Source of the DNA: Geosiphon pyriformis uo1
Lineage: Eukaryota > Fungi > Glomeromycota
NCBI GenBank assembly: GCA_016748015.1
Contig: JAAOMT010000607.1
Coordinates: forward strand, 682,001 to 746,000
Direction: 5' to 3'
Length of the DNA: 64,000 bases
Below, in pieces: positions 52,461 to 64,000 of the stretch. The position numbers were made by a program, and so were the translations under genes. The notes beneath the pieces were generated by a model. That model did no database searches. It was not told where the DNA came from and worked only from the letters and a program-made list of their open reading frames with translations. Position 1 is the stretch's first letter, and each line of letters begins with the position of its first letter.

Positions 52461-54749
52461 AAAAAACTCTTTGTCTCCTTAATTTTATGACCACAACCAG
52501 AACAAAGAGTAAAAAAGCTGCACCTGATATCTGTCCTGAGATATCTAATAAAATTTCAAACAGAGAAACTCTCTCTGTTGTAAAAGCAACTAGGCAAAAC
52601 GTTTTAGAAGCCTTTCCCCTACCCAGTAATCATGATAAGCTGTCTTTGATAGCCACTGAAGCAACTTCCTTATCTTTGGCTGGTTTCTTACCAGTCAAAG
52701 TTCTCTCAAAGAGACACACTTGGGTTAGTCTCAGTGTTGTCTTCACCCCTACTAAGAGCCCAAAAGTGTTTAATAATAAACCAGTTAACAAGCTGATCTT
52801 TCCTTCCATAGTTTTTACATCTGGTGCTGCTAGCACCACCTCTTCAAAAAATGGTCAAAAAAACCAAAAGTTCAGAAAAGTGGGGGCAATCATTTGCCTC
52901 TGCTATTGTTACACCGAACCTCTTTGTGGTTCCCAATAAGATCTTAGATGAGATTTCTATAGCATCATCTGGCACGTCATTCAAGATAGGCCAAGATCAA
53001 CCACTGGCTGTGTTGCTGAATATGGTGTCTTCCGGCAGATCATCGCCAATTGTGGAAGCAAAACAATCTCTTCCTGTTGGGTCACCTGTTCTTGGGAACT
53101 GGACTGATCAAATGAAAACTGATTCATCTCCTCCTCTAGTTTCTGGTGCTACTTCTGGTGGTGCTTGAGAAACTATTACTAGTTGTCAAAGATTCGCTGG
53201 GTGGATGGCCTCCACTCTGGTGCCTGGTGCTACTTTTAAGATCAAATTGGCTCATGTTAAGACTGTTTTTCAGTCTGTGCATGGTTTTTTGGGTGCTAAA
53301 TCTGTTTCAAAAGACAATATGAAGCTTTTCTGTATGGAGTTTGCTTTTTAACAGTCTTTGGAAGCTGTATTTCTGGTTGAGCTTACAAGCTCTGTTCATT
53401 TGGCCACTCTTAAAATTGCCAAGTCTTTGGTGGTTTCTGAATCTGGTTCCTCTCCTGCTGCTGTTGCACTGTATAATGTACCTTTGAGTGTGTCTGCTGC
53501 TGATGTTAAGTTGGCTCTCAATGTGTTTGGTGGTGTTACTTATGTTGTGCTGAAGTCTGCTGGCATTTGGCAGTATGTGGTGGTTTATTTTGAAAAGTTG
53601 AACTCTGCTGTGTCTGCTTTGAAGCATTGATTAGTCTTAATGGGCAAGAATAGTGTTAGAATCCTCCCTCTGGTAAATCAAAATGAGACTATTTTGTTTC
53701 ATGATAAGTTTAAGACCAAATTGGTCAACCTTCCCCCTGGCTGTACTGCCTTTGAAATCAGTAATATGATTTCTCAGATTGGTGGTCAAACATGTTTCAT
53801 CCCTTATTTTTCTGATTCTGGTTGTCATTCCCAGTTTGCTTTGGTTACATTTGACTCTCAAGGCGATTTGGATTCTGCTGTAGTCAAGACTGGTACTCTA
53901 AGGAAATGCCATATCTGGTGGGAAACTTTTGACTACTGGCGCTGCTTTAGGTGTTAAGAAATGAGCCATTTGGCCATGGATTGCAAGATTTTCTCACCTT
54001 CCATTCCCAAGATTCCCAAGATTTTCAAGTCTTATTTTGTGGATTCTGCTTCATATGCCAAGACTACTGCTCCTTTTGGTCTTTCTGAGTTTCCTCCTTT
54101 AGTGGCTCCTTCGGCTGCTTCTGCTGCTAATCCTGCTGTTGGTTCCAGATTAGACTCTTTGGAAAAGCAGATTTCAGATTTGGCTGTTCTGGTTAAGTCT
54201 ATTGTTGAGCCTATTGGTTTTTTAGTTGCTTTAGTGTCTTGTCTTCTTGATGATAATGCTGTTAAGACTGTTCAGATTAAGAAAAATATCATTTCTATGA
54301 AGAGTGCTGCTAACAATTTTGCTAGCCTCATGGTCAGAGTTTCCAAGGACATTGCTTGTCTTAGATCTGAGATTGACTTTGGTAATATGAATTATAATAG
54401 TATGCTGGCTGCTAAACCTTCTTTTTTAAGTGAGAACACTATTGAACATGTTATCACTTTGTGACAAATATCTGATGCTAAGACCAGGGGCAATATTGAG
54501 TCTACTAGATTGTTTTTTAGTGAGTTTATTTTTAACTCTAGAAATCTGAATGGTATCATTGAGAGAATTCATGGATTGGGGTTGTTCTCACCTACTTTTA
54601 ATTCAGCGTAGTAAGTCTTTGATTGAGCCGAGTGTCTGATCACATATAAAAAATGCATAATTTATGCTTATAATGTAATCCCTTCTGTAGTATCATAGTT
54701 TAGGTAGTATATGGGTTTCACTCATTAAAAAAATAAAAAAATAAAAAAA
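52461..54749 (+). mobile_element. ORF1-only non-autonomous non-LTR element (HAL1-like) with LINE-type 5' motif, 3' tail and A-rich end
   Basis: 5' AAAAAACTCTTTGTCTCC, one ORF1-like frame, stop TAG at 54609-54611 followed directly by a tail homologous to the LINE tails. No APE or RT sequence. Confidence 0.82.
52487..54611 (+). pseudogene. Divergent LINE ORF1-like protein (~700 codons; RRM-like, CCHC, coiled coil); one frameshift at ~52850 and about five stops
   Basis: 'IWQYVVVYFE..HW(stop)VLMGKNSVRI', 'LPPGCTAFEISNMISQIGGQTCFI', 'CFRC(stop)EMSHLAMDC' and 'RLDSLEKQISDL' parallel ORF1 of copies E and G. Confidence 0.82.
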
Positions 54750-55321
54750 TATTTTTATATTAAATTTAATATTTTTTATATATATTTTTGTTTTTATTGT
54801 AATTTTTTTTATTTTAATTTGTTTTATTTTTTTAATAGTATTTTTTTCTTTTTTTATGAAATAAAATTGAAAAAAGTGAAAAAAAACAATTAGAAATAAA
54901 GATTAAAATTATTAAATAAAAATAAAAATAAAAATAATATAATATGTTTTAATTTTTTTTTAATTATTAGTTAACATCTAATACATAATATTTGTTCTTA
55001 TATAAAGATAAATTTTGAATAATATTTGATAAAATTATATTTTTATTTTTTTATAGGTTGTTTTTATATATATATAAAAATATTAATTAATTTTATAAAA
55101 AAATGTTTTTTGTAAGAAATTATTTTTTTATAAAGAGTTTTTTTATGGAAATCTAACTGTATTAAATTATATTTATACTTTATTTATTTATTTTTTTTTT
55201 ATTGCTTAACGAATGAGATCCAAACACTATCTAGTACTATACATCAAGGAATTGATCTAAACTAGGCGTGAATCATGCACTTTCTACACGTGACCAGCCA
55301 CTTGGGCCAATCAGAACAACA

Positions 55322-58300
55322 CTACGCAGCTATATGAACTGACACTGATTCACCTATACCTGAAAAGAACAAGCAAGCCTTGCGAAAACCAAAATGAACA
55401 CCTAAAGCACTAGTAATGCCAAGTAACCTAACCACCCCTGCAGAGAACCTCGAAGCCAAACCATGAACCGAGACGATGGCTGAACCATCTAGCGGGATTA
55501 GTCCATTCTTCTCCATATACGCACGATGCTTAGCACGAATCGACCAGACATCCTTCCTGAAAGCAAGACCAAGAGAGCGCACAAACTTGACAATCTCCAA
55601 AACAGCAATCTTGGGGTTGTGAAAGACGGAAACAGTCTTGCTAAACCATCCATTGAAAACAAAGCCCTTAAAAAGAGCCATAGACACAGAGGAATCAGAG
55701 ACACTGAATGACAACAGCTGCAATATACCCGAGGAAGAGTGAGAGGAGCCAGAAAACGCCTTCCAGGACCCTACATGAGAATTCAACAACTGGCACTGAA
55801 CAGACTCGTCAATCTTGTAAGAGAACACATGATCCGACACTTCCACCTTACCACAATACAAGCACAACACGCTAGGATAATGTTTATCATAGAGGTGCTT
55901 CCAAATAACAACTGGCAGCTGATAGTACAAAGACTTCATAAAATAAGTACGCACATTGGACGAACACCTGCTGGTAAATCCTGCAGCCATGTGCAAATCA
56001 GGATGCCACACCAATGATGAACGGGGCCAATTGACCTCAGAAGACAAGCTGCCAACCAAAACCCCAGAACCAGAACCAACCTCCCATTGCACACGACAAA
56101 TAAAACGATAAATATCATGAACAAAATGCCTCGAATTCCCAGAAACAACATCACCATCAGCCGCCAAGAAGTGCTCACTCAAGTGAGGGGGAAGATACCA
56201 ATTAGAGAGAGAAGCGGCACCAGCGATCGTGTCGGCACACTCGTTTTCCGAAACACCAGAATGACCTTTCACCTTGCGAAAACTAACTCTTAACTTCTTA
56301 CTGCAAATTACGTTGACAATATGATGACGCTTGACCCAATACTGATTATGAAAATCGGGACACACCAGATCTAACTCCGACCTGCAAGCATCCAATGCCG
56401 ATTGACTATCTGAGAACAAACAGACAGAGCTTGATGAGGGAACACACTTCAGAGCTAAAGCAACAGCCTGCAATTCCGCCAAAGTAGACGACATCAAACC
56501 TGAAACCCTTACGCCCAAACCCAAACCAATGTCCTCAAAAAAAACAGCAGCACCAGCTCTACAGCCAACCGTGCCAAGACCACTAAGAGATCCATCTGTA
56601 TACACTGACAGGCTGCTAGCACCGGTCACCAAGAGACGATCACAAATAGACTTAAATTCACCAGACTCAAGAATGTTTGAAGGACTACCATCTCCCAAAA
56701 CTAGAGACTGATTGCGAGAAGATCTCACACTATTAAGAAACAAAACAGAAAGCCTGAACCACTCAGGAACTGGATCATGGAGGTCCAATCTCTTCCACTG
56801 CTTGAAAGTATACCAATTATAGACAGCACCATGATGGTCACGAAGTTGATTCACAAAGGCAATACCATACCACCGAAGGAAAGGGAGAAACCTGAGAAAC
56901 CTTGACTCGCCCAGAACCTCAGACATAGGCACTCCACCATGAGACCGAAAGAAACTAACCAAAGAGCCACTCAGAGAAACATTGCAATCGACAAGAACAC
57001 AAACCATGCCTGCCAGAAAGTTATTAGAAGCACTGACACAAATATGAACAAGAGAACACAAAGGATAAACAGGGTGCCAATACAGAACTTGCAAGTCATG
57101 AGACCTGTGGGAAAACAAACGACCCAAAATACCACCAGAGTTCGCAAAACTGACAAGGGAAGCGATCTTGCTTTCAGATTGAACTTGAAAAAATGACTTC
57201 AAACTATAAAACAAAGAGTGGTAAACCACATCATTGGGGAAATCAAGTGGCAAACCAGACTTGAGCTTCAAACCTTTACGAATCAGAGCATCCCACTTCC
57301 TGCACACGCCAACAGGAATAAAACTGAACTGAGTTCTATAGCTGACTATCGGATGCAGAACTGCCGACACCAAATACAAAAACTGCTTATCTGAGACCGC
57401 CTTCCTCAACACCAGATTGGTGAAAAAGCGAACGTCCGAATGTGCCTTAGCCAAGCTAGGCCTCGAAAGACCCTCAGTCGATAGAAAAATGCCCAGATAT
57501 CAGTAAAATTCACCCTTTTTGGCAATAGAAATGGGTGAACTGCTAATAGAAAGAGAGGGACTACTGACTCTGCTATTGATAGGAATGGCTACCGTTTTGT
57601 CGTTGTTAATAGAAATGTCATTGATAAAAAAAAATTCACTAGCAACATCGAGAATATGTTGAGTAGCCGTCTGACTGCTACCAACCCAAATCGTATCATC
57701 AACAAAAGCACCAGTGGCAAAAAAAGAAGAAAACCCAGCCTGGGATTCAGAACGACCATTCTTGGAAACAAAGTGAGAGTTCAACCTATACCCACATACA
57801 CTCTCCTGTCTTTTGACTTCGCACAAAAGAGGATCATAAAATATGCGCCAGAGAAGAGGAGAGAAGACCTCTCTCTGGTCCAAACCATCGTGCACATGGT
57901 AACCGTTCATCAGTCTAAAATCAGTCATAACTTGGTTGGTACGATCTCTATGAATACCACCAAAAAACCAAATAAATTTGCTACACATCTTAATCCTAAC
58001 CAAACTTTTCTCGAAATGCTCCCAGCCAACTGAGTCATACGTCTTCCGCATGTCCTGCAGAACCAGCCATAGCTCCCTGTTTTTTTCCAAAGCATCTTCG
58101 ACCACCGAACCAATTGCAAAAATAGAGGACTGGGTTGTCATACCCTTCAAAACTGAGAAATTAGCCCTTCGAAGCATGTCAAAAGTACTGCATGCCAAAG
58201 AAATCCTGTCCGAGAGTATCTTGGAAAGAACCTTGCAAGCCGTTTCGATCAAGGCAATAGGACGTGTGTTCGTTAAAACACCTTCCCACTCATACAGTTT

Positions 58301-60010
58301 TGGAATCATCGAGACCCATGCTTCCTTCCAAGGGCCGGGCACTGACTCACTAGACAAACAAGAGTTCAAGAGCACCAACAACATATCCAAAACTGACCTA
58401 TCACAATGTTTCCAAAGCTCATTTAAAATACCCGACAAACCAGCCGCTTTACCCTCCGGAAGATCAGAAATCACCCCAAGGAACTCATCATACCCAATTG
58501 AACACATGACACCAGAAAAAGCCTTGTCAAAAACATACTCCAGCGGCTGATATTGGAAGCGCCAATCATTCAATACATTATCGACCACCCGACGCTTCCT
58601 AGTCCAACCTTCCATAATTGCATCTACCTTGGATTTGACCTGCTCAGGTTCCAAAATCAATTCGTCATCAACCACCAAATGATTCAGCACAATCTTATGA
58701 AATAGGTGCTCCAACACACTTTTTATTGTATGACCTTTATTTACCTCAAAGCTTTCCATCCTCTTGTCTATCGCAGATCTGATGCATGCCTCTTTAGCAC
58801 TCTGAGATTCAATGAACTTGGACTTTCGATAAGATTTCCTGGCACCAAAAAGAGCAGAACAAACACGACCAGATTCCACACCAGAGTCCACCAGATCCTG
58901 AATGACCAAAGCCTTGACACTGTCCAGAGAAGCCCAACACCTCATGAGAGAAGCAAAATCCACAGCACACCTCACACGAAATGCCTTAATAATTTTTGAA
59001 ACCAGAAGCTCCAACTTGTGGAACCTCGATGACTCTTTGGTAAAGACACTATCAAATTCCTTGAACCACTTTTTCTTGAACACTTCATTAGCCGAAAGAA
59101 TCATTATTCTGCGAACAACATCTCACATTGTGTCCAAATCCAAAAACCTCATAAAAACAGCAAACTCATCTGAGAACATTGCTGCATTAGCCAATGTGGC
59201 ACACTTAAAATCGATCCATTTACTCTCATCAGCACCCTTGAAATCAAACTTCCATCTGTCTCTGTTTGCTTGCTTGCGAAAAGAGCACAATTGCATATCC
59301 AGAAGCCCACCCAGACCCAAAAACACTAAGACAGCTTGATGATCCATGTCAAAGTGCTCACTGACACCCGATACATTACGATGTACCATCGCATTGACCA
59401 GATTTGGAGAGACAAACACGTAATCAATTGTTCTTTTGACTCCCCTAGAATTCTCCCAAGTGGGCATTTTCACAGCCGGGCTCCCGACCAAAGAGTTAAT
59501 CAATCCCAAATCAAGGCATTTTTTGAAACTCGCACACTTATGAGAGCCGTTTTCATTAAAATCGCCACCGAGGATAACAAAGGAGGACTTGTTAACAGCC
59601 TTTGCGATGATAGAGTTGATTTCACCTGCCTGAAAGAACCGGACCACCGAAGAAGCACCAGCATACAGTCCCAAAATTGACACAGAGAGCCTGTTCTTGA
59701 AAAGTAACTTGATAGACAACAACCGACCCAGGACCTCAGACATCTTGCACACATGTCTCGCCAAAGAAGAGTTCATAACCACCGCCACACCAGCACCCAG
59801 ATACCCAGAATCCAAACCAGTAGTAAACACCCGAATCCCATCAAACTTGTCAATGATCCAGGGCTGAACCTTATCTTTTAACTTAGTTTCAGTAAAAATC
59901 GAAATTGAATTGTCCATGTCCTTATGCCAACGAATGACATTACCCTGCTTCGCAGGGTTGTTCATTCCTCTAACATTGCATGTAGCGACTTTCCATACTA
60001 ATTCACTCAT
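55322..60010 (-). pseudogene. LINE G ORF2 (APE-RT-RNase H-Zn finger), 1562 codons with two in-frame stops (59123, 57500)
   Basis: ORFs 59123-60010, 57500-59104 and 55322-57454 are in one frame. GAFVDDTI and YTDGS are retained. Confidence 0.95.
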
Positions 60011-61806
60011 TGGGAAGGGGATTGGAAGTTCGCACCACCAGTCAAAGCCAGACTATCGAAACGAGCGGACAAGATCAACACAGATTTGGAGAGGCTCTCC
60101 AACATATTTTCCAACTTGACAACATGGAGGGACGTGAATGAATCCACAATCATAGTAAACTCAAGGCTATCAGTCATATTTAAGTCCATATCCAATGTCA
60201 CATCACTTTCTGAATTCTGTGGTGGGGCGACTACCGGCAGCCGGCATCCGTGACCAGGCTGGGAAACCACCAGCACAAGCAAATCTAACCTCTTGGCCAA
60301 CCCATCAATTTGTTTTGCGAGACTGACGAGACCATTCTCAATACTGACCAGTTTTTTTTCCAGATCTTTTGCAACAGGAGGAGTAGGTTTACCATCAACG
60401 ACGGAACCAAAACTTGCCTTATTACCAGAGAGAGATGGAGCAGAGGGAGTGCTAACTACCGACGCCCAAGTTTTACCACCAAAAGCCAAAGGACAAGAGA
60501 TAGATGCAGATCTTTTTGCATAAATTTTCGCCAATCTGGATTGGTCCAGAACCGAAAGGTGAGCCTTTCTGCCTCCTGCAAACCCAGCACCCTTGACTGT
60601 TCTGCAACCAAGAGAAGTATGACCAAATTTCTTACAAACCGCACATGAAGCTAAAGAAAGACGGGACCAACGGAGACCAAAGCCCTTTATAACTGGAGTC
60701 ATTGCCATTGCATTAATTAATTCCACTTCCGAGCTAAAACACACAGTGGCACAGCGGGCGCAAGAATAACTGACGGGATTGCGATCGATGAAGCAGGTTT
60801 TCCCACCAATAGAACCAATAAAATCCCACAAATCATGAGCAGTGGTTCCCATGGGAAGAGTATATAGCAAAGCCCTAAAATTATCTCTGGCATCCCACAA
60901 TTGTTTGTCAATATCAGTCCTGGCCACCCGAATCGCGTCCTTCCCAATGAGGATAGACCACTTAGAGGCCAGAAAATCAGCCTGGTCTTGATCTTCCAAT
61001 TCGATGACCGCTTTTTGCCATAAACTCACCAGCTGCATTTTGATCGACTTAATGATGCCAAATTTGGCCACAGCCACACACACAGCCTCCAAAGATGTTC
61101 CCACAGGAATTTCTTTCAGCACAATTGCCCGATTTGTACGATTGTTGACAGGGCGCTTGAGATCAGTGTTTACCACAACACCACGGTCATTAGCCAGATT
61201 AGCTGCAGTTATCATCGCCTCTTTAGAAGTGAAAGTAGCCCAAATGATTCCACCAAATTTTGAGAGGGTAGAGGCCTCCCCAAAACCATTTACACCTGAA
61301 AAGATTTTCCTGACAAAATTGACTTTTTCCTGAGAGGATTTACCTACCACCGCCACCAGATCAATATCCAAAGCGAAGGACTTGCAAACAGGCACCTGAA
61401 CGGATAGCTTGACTGGAAAAGAAGGTGGGAAAAGAAGAGATTCATCCAACACATCACCATCCACATCGACAGCACCATAATCAATCACACCCAATGGCTT
61501 CCCTAATACCTTTTTGGTCTTTACACACAAACCTCTAGGCGTTTAATCAGGATCCCCTCCCACGAAAGGACCATCATCACCATAGTCCACACTGGTTTCT
61601 TCCACCAAGCATTCTTCCTCCATGTCAATACTCTCAGATTCCGTAGTGTTACCAGTCTCCGAATCCCATGAACAAACACCAGGAACTTCAGCAGCAACCC
61701 TTCCGTTATCAATACTCTCTGCCAACACACCTCCCTTCCTCTTTTTCCTTGAAGCAACCACTTTAAAACCACTCTCAGAACCCGAAACTTTAGCAGTCTT
61801 TTTCAT
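60007..61806 (-). pseudogene. LINE G ORF1 (RRM-like, CCHC, coiled coil) with one premature stop at 61543
   Basis: ORFs 61543-61806 and 60007-61530 are in frame; 'CAVCKKFGHTSLGC'. Confidence 0.9.
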
Positions 61807-62458
61807 AACAGTGATAACAGAGCCAACAGTGGCCTCGTAATCAAAAAACAGTTTTGATTTATCGTACTGAATGGTAAAAAAACTTCTTTCGAAAAAACTT
61901 TTGACTCTTTTTTGGGAATTTTGGACAAAGGAGAGAAAGAAGTTTTTTTTTTTTTTTTTTTTTTATTTATTAAAATAACAAAAATTTTTTAAAAAATATA
62001 TAAAATAACAAAAATTTTTATTATTATTAATTATTTAACTATAATAAAAATTAAGAGTATTAAAACTTTTAAAACAAGCTTTAAAAAAAAACTTATTATT
62101 TATTTTTATAATATTTAAAAAAATATTAAAGTTTAACAAAAATTTTAACAGTATTTTAATAAATAAAACAATATATATTCTTTAATTTATAAATATTTTT
62201 AAAAAAAAAACTAGATTAAAACAATAAATTTTATACCAAAAATTATTTAAAAGCAAATACATAATAAATTTAGAATAACAGCTAAAATAACAAATACTTA
62301 TTATAAAATTAAAGCAGTTTTTAGATTTTATAACATATTTTATATTTGTAAAAACATTTTACAAAATTTAATATATTAAAAAGCTTAAAAAACTAAAATT
62401 TTAACAAATTTTAAACCAAATTGCTTTAATAATTTTAGATTATTATTTAAAAATTACA

Positions 62459-62460
<2 letters not shown>

Positions 62461-62497
<37 letters not shown>
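62461..62497. repeat. (TAA)12 microsatellite
   Basis: Direct reading. Confidence 0.9.
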
Positions 62498-62498
<1 letters not shown>

Positions 62499-63464
62499 GA
62501 AGTTTATTTTTTTTAATTTTTAATATTTTTTATTAATTAATTTTATATTTAATTAATAATTTTTTTTTATAAAAGTTTTAATTATAAACAATTAAACATT
62601 GGAAAAAAAAAAGAAAAAAAAACATTAATAATTTATTTAACAAAAATAAAATAAAATAAAACCAAATAATTTTTTATATATCTTATTCAATTTTTTTAAA
62701 TAATAAATAATTTATTAATATATTTGATTTTTTATTTTATTATTTAAAATAAAATAAAATCAAATAACCAATAACAAATAATTAAAAAGAATTATTATAA
62801 TTAAAATTATTAAATTGTATTAGATAAATTTCCAAAAAAAATCATATGTATAATTAGAAAACAATATTTTTTTAAGAAAAATAATAATATTATAATAATT
62901 AATAATTATAATAATTCTATGTTTTAGAAATAATAACTCAGTAAATAATTACAAAATAAAATGTTTTATCAAAAAAGTGGTTTTTAGCTGTTTATTTTTT
63001 CATATAAGTTAATTTTAAATTTATTATTCATTTAAATTCTGCTTTTTACACAAAATAAAATGAAACAAAATTTTATTACGCTAAATGTCCGTTTTTCAAA
63101 ATACATGCAAGATTATTATTATTAAATTAATGTTGTAATTCATCTGTCTATAAAAGGCTTGATTTTCTTAAAAAATAATTTTCAAAAATTTCAATAAAAT
63201 TACACAATAATAAATATAAACAAATTATTAATCAAAAAAAGTTAATTATAAATTTGCTATATTATTAAAATTATTAATTCGTACTTATAAAATGTATATA
63301 AACAAAAACACAAAGATTTCTTTAATATAATAATTAATAATTTTATTATTGATTTTCAAATTCACACTTATTATGTGTATACTTAATTTTCAGAAAAATA
63401 AGTCATAGTAATTTAAACATTGGATTGGTTCGGAAATATGATTAATTTTTATTGAAAGTGAAAA

Positions 63465-63878
63465 TTATTTATTTCTTGATTTAACATACGCTTTTGCTCT
63501 TTCTTTAACTTTTTCTATTTGGTCACTTGACCCACATTCTTCCTCAAACTTTAACCATTTATTAAAAAGAAATTGCATCACCTTTGAAGAATAACTTGTG
63601 ATACTAGTGACCCGTTCAAATAAAGATCTTGTTGAAAAGAAAGGAGATATTGTAGTTATGATAAAGACAATTTTTTAACCATTTCATCTTTGAAATTTGG
63701 CCAATAACTTACCGAACATTATCTAGTTGATCTGCTTTCCGTTCCATATCAATCCAAACTGACCAAATATCGGAGCGTTTCCGATTATCTTTTACCAGTC
63801 GTTCAAAAATTGTACGACCTCGTTCCGGATCACCATGTTTAAATTCCATGGTAGCAAATTGTGTTGCAATTTGAATTT
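63465..63878 (-). CDS. RRP5: rRNA biogenesis protein Rrp5, last two exons (HAT/TPR C-terminus); gene continues off the right edge
   Basis: Exons ~63878-63713 and 63627-63465 (GT..AG intron) give 'FATMEFKHGDPERGRTIFE..KRSDIWSVWIDME..NVRSLFERV..MQFLFNKWLKFEE..VKERAKAYV', the characteristic Rrp5 C-terminus. Confidence 0.9.
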
Positions 63879-64000
63879 CTTTTTTGGAAGAATAATATGG
63901 GAGGAATTGTAAAAAGATGATGTGGGAGAGAATTAATATGAAAATGAACATATTTATTTGAATCGAGGGTACAATTTGATTCGGAAATGTTGAAAATGAT

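Larger units (their letters stand above)
55191..61949 (-). mobile_element. Near-intact full-length LINE (copy G)
   Basis: 5' motif at ~61925-61949, ORF1, ORF2, tail at 55201-55324 and T-run at 55191-55200. Confidence 0.95.

Noticed and set aside
52345-62090. ~30-bp inverted match (52345-52378 vs 62057-62087) as TIRs of a large element
   Set aside because: Low complexity, does not extend, and no TSD.

Overview
Eukaryotic, very AT-rich, repeat-dominated DNA. Short GT-AG introns, the RRP5 3' end and the gene and repeat families suggest an early-diverging fungus (Mucoromycota/Glomeromycotina-like; this is inference). Most of the window is a transposon graveyard. It holds seven copies of one non-LTR (LINE) group (ORF1 RRM+CCHC; ORF2 APE-RT-RNase H-Zn finger). 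Three are full length, and two of those (31070-37994 +, 55191-61949 -) are nearly intact. There are also two nested, degenerate Ty3/Gypsy elements (5.1-14.3 kb), two ~830-bp solo LTRs, a 591-bp Tc1/mariner deletion derivative, and an ORF1-only element (52461-54749) that carries the LINEs' 5' motif and 3' tail. Only two apparently live host genes are present: a 9-exon, 486-aa probable PD-(D/E)xK nuclease-fold gene (15648-18585 -) and the last two exons of RRP5. The best candidates for undescribed biology are: (i) a LINE / ORF1-only (HAL1-like) partner system with a shared 5' hairpin, a shared structured 3' tail and, in the LINEs, AUGA stop-start coupling; (ii) repeat-directed C>T/G>A hypermutation that is not limited to CpG and spares genes and the Tc1 element. 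A 525-bp duplication around the 20-N gap is probably an assembly artefact. All alignments were done by eye, and the boundaries of degenerate elements are approximate.
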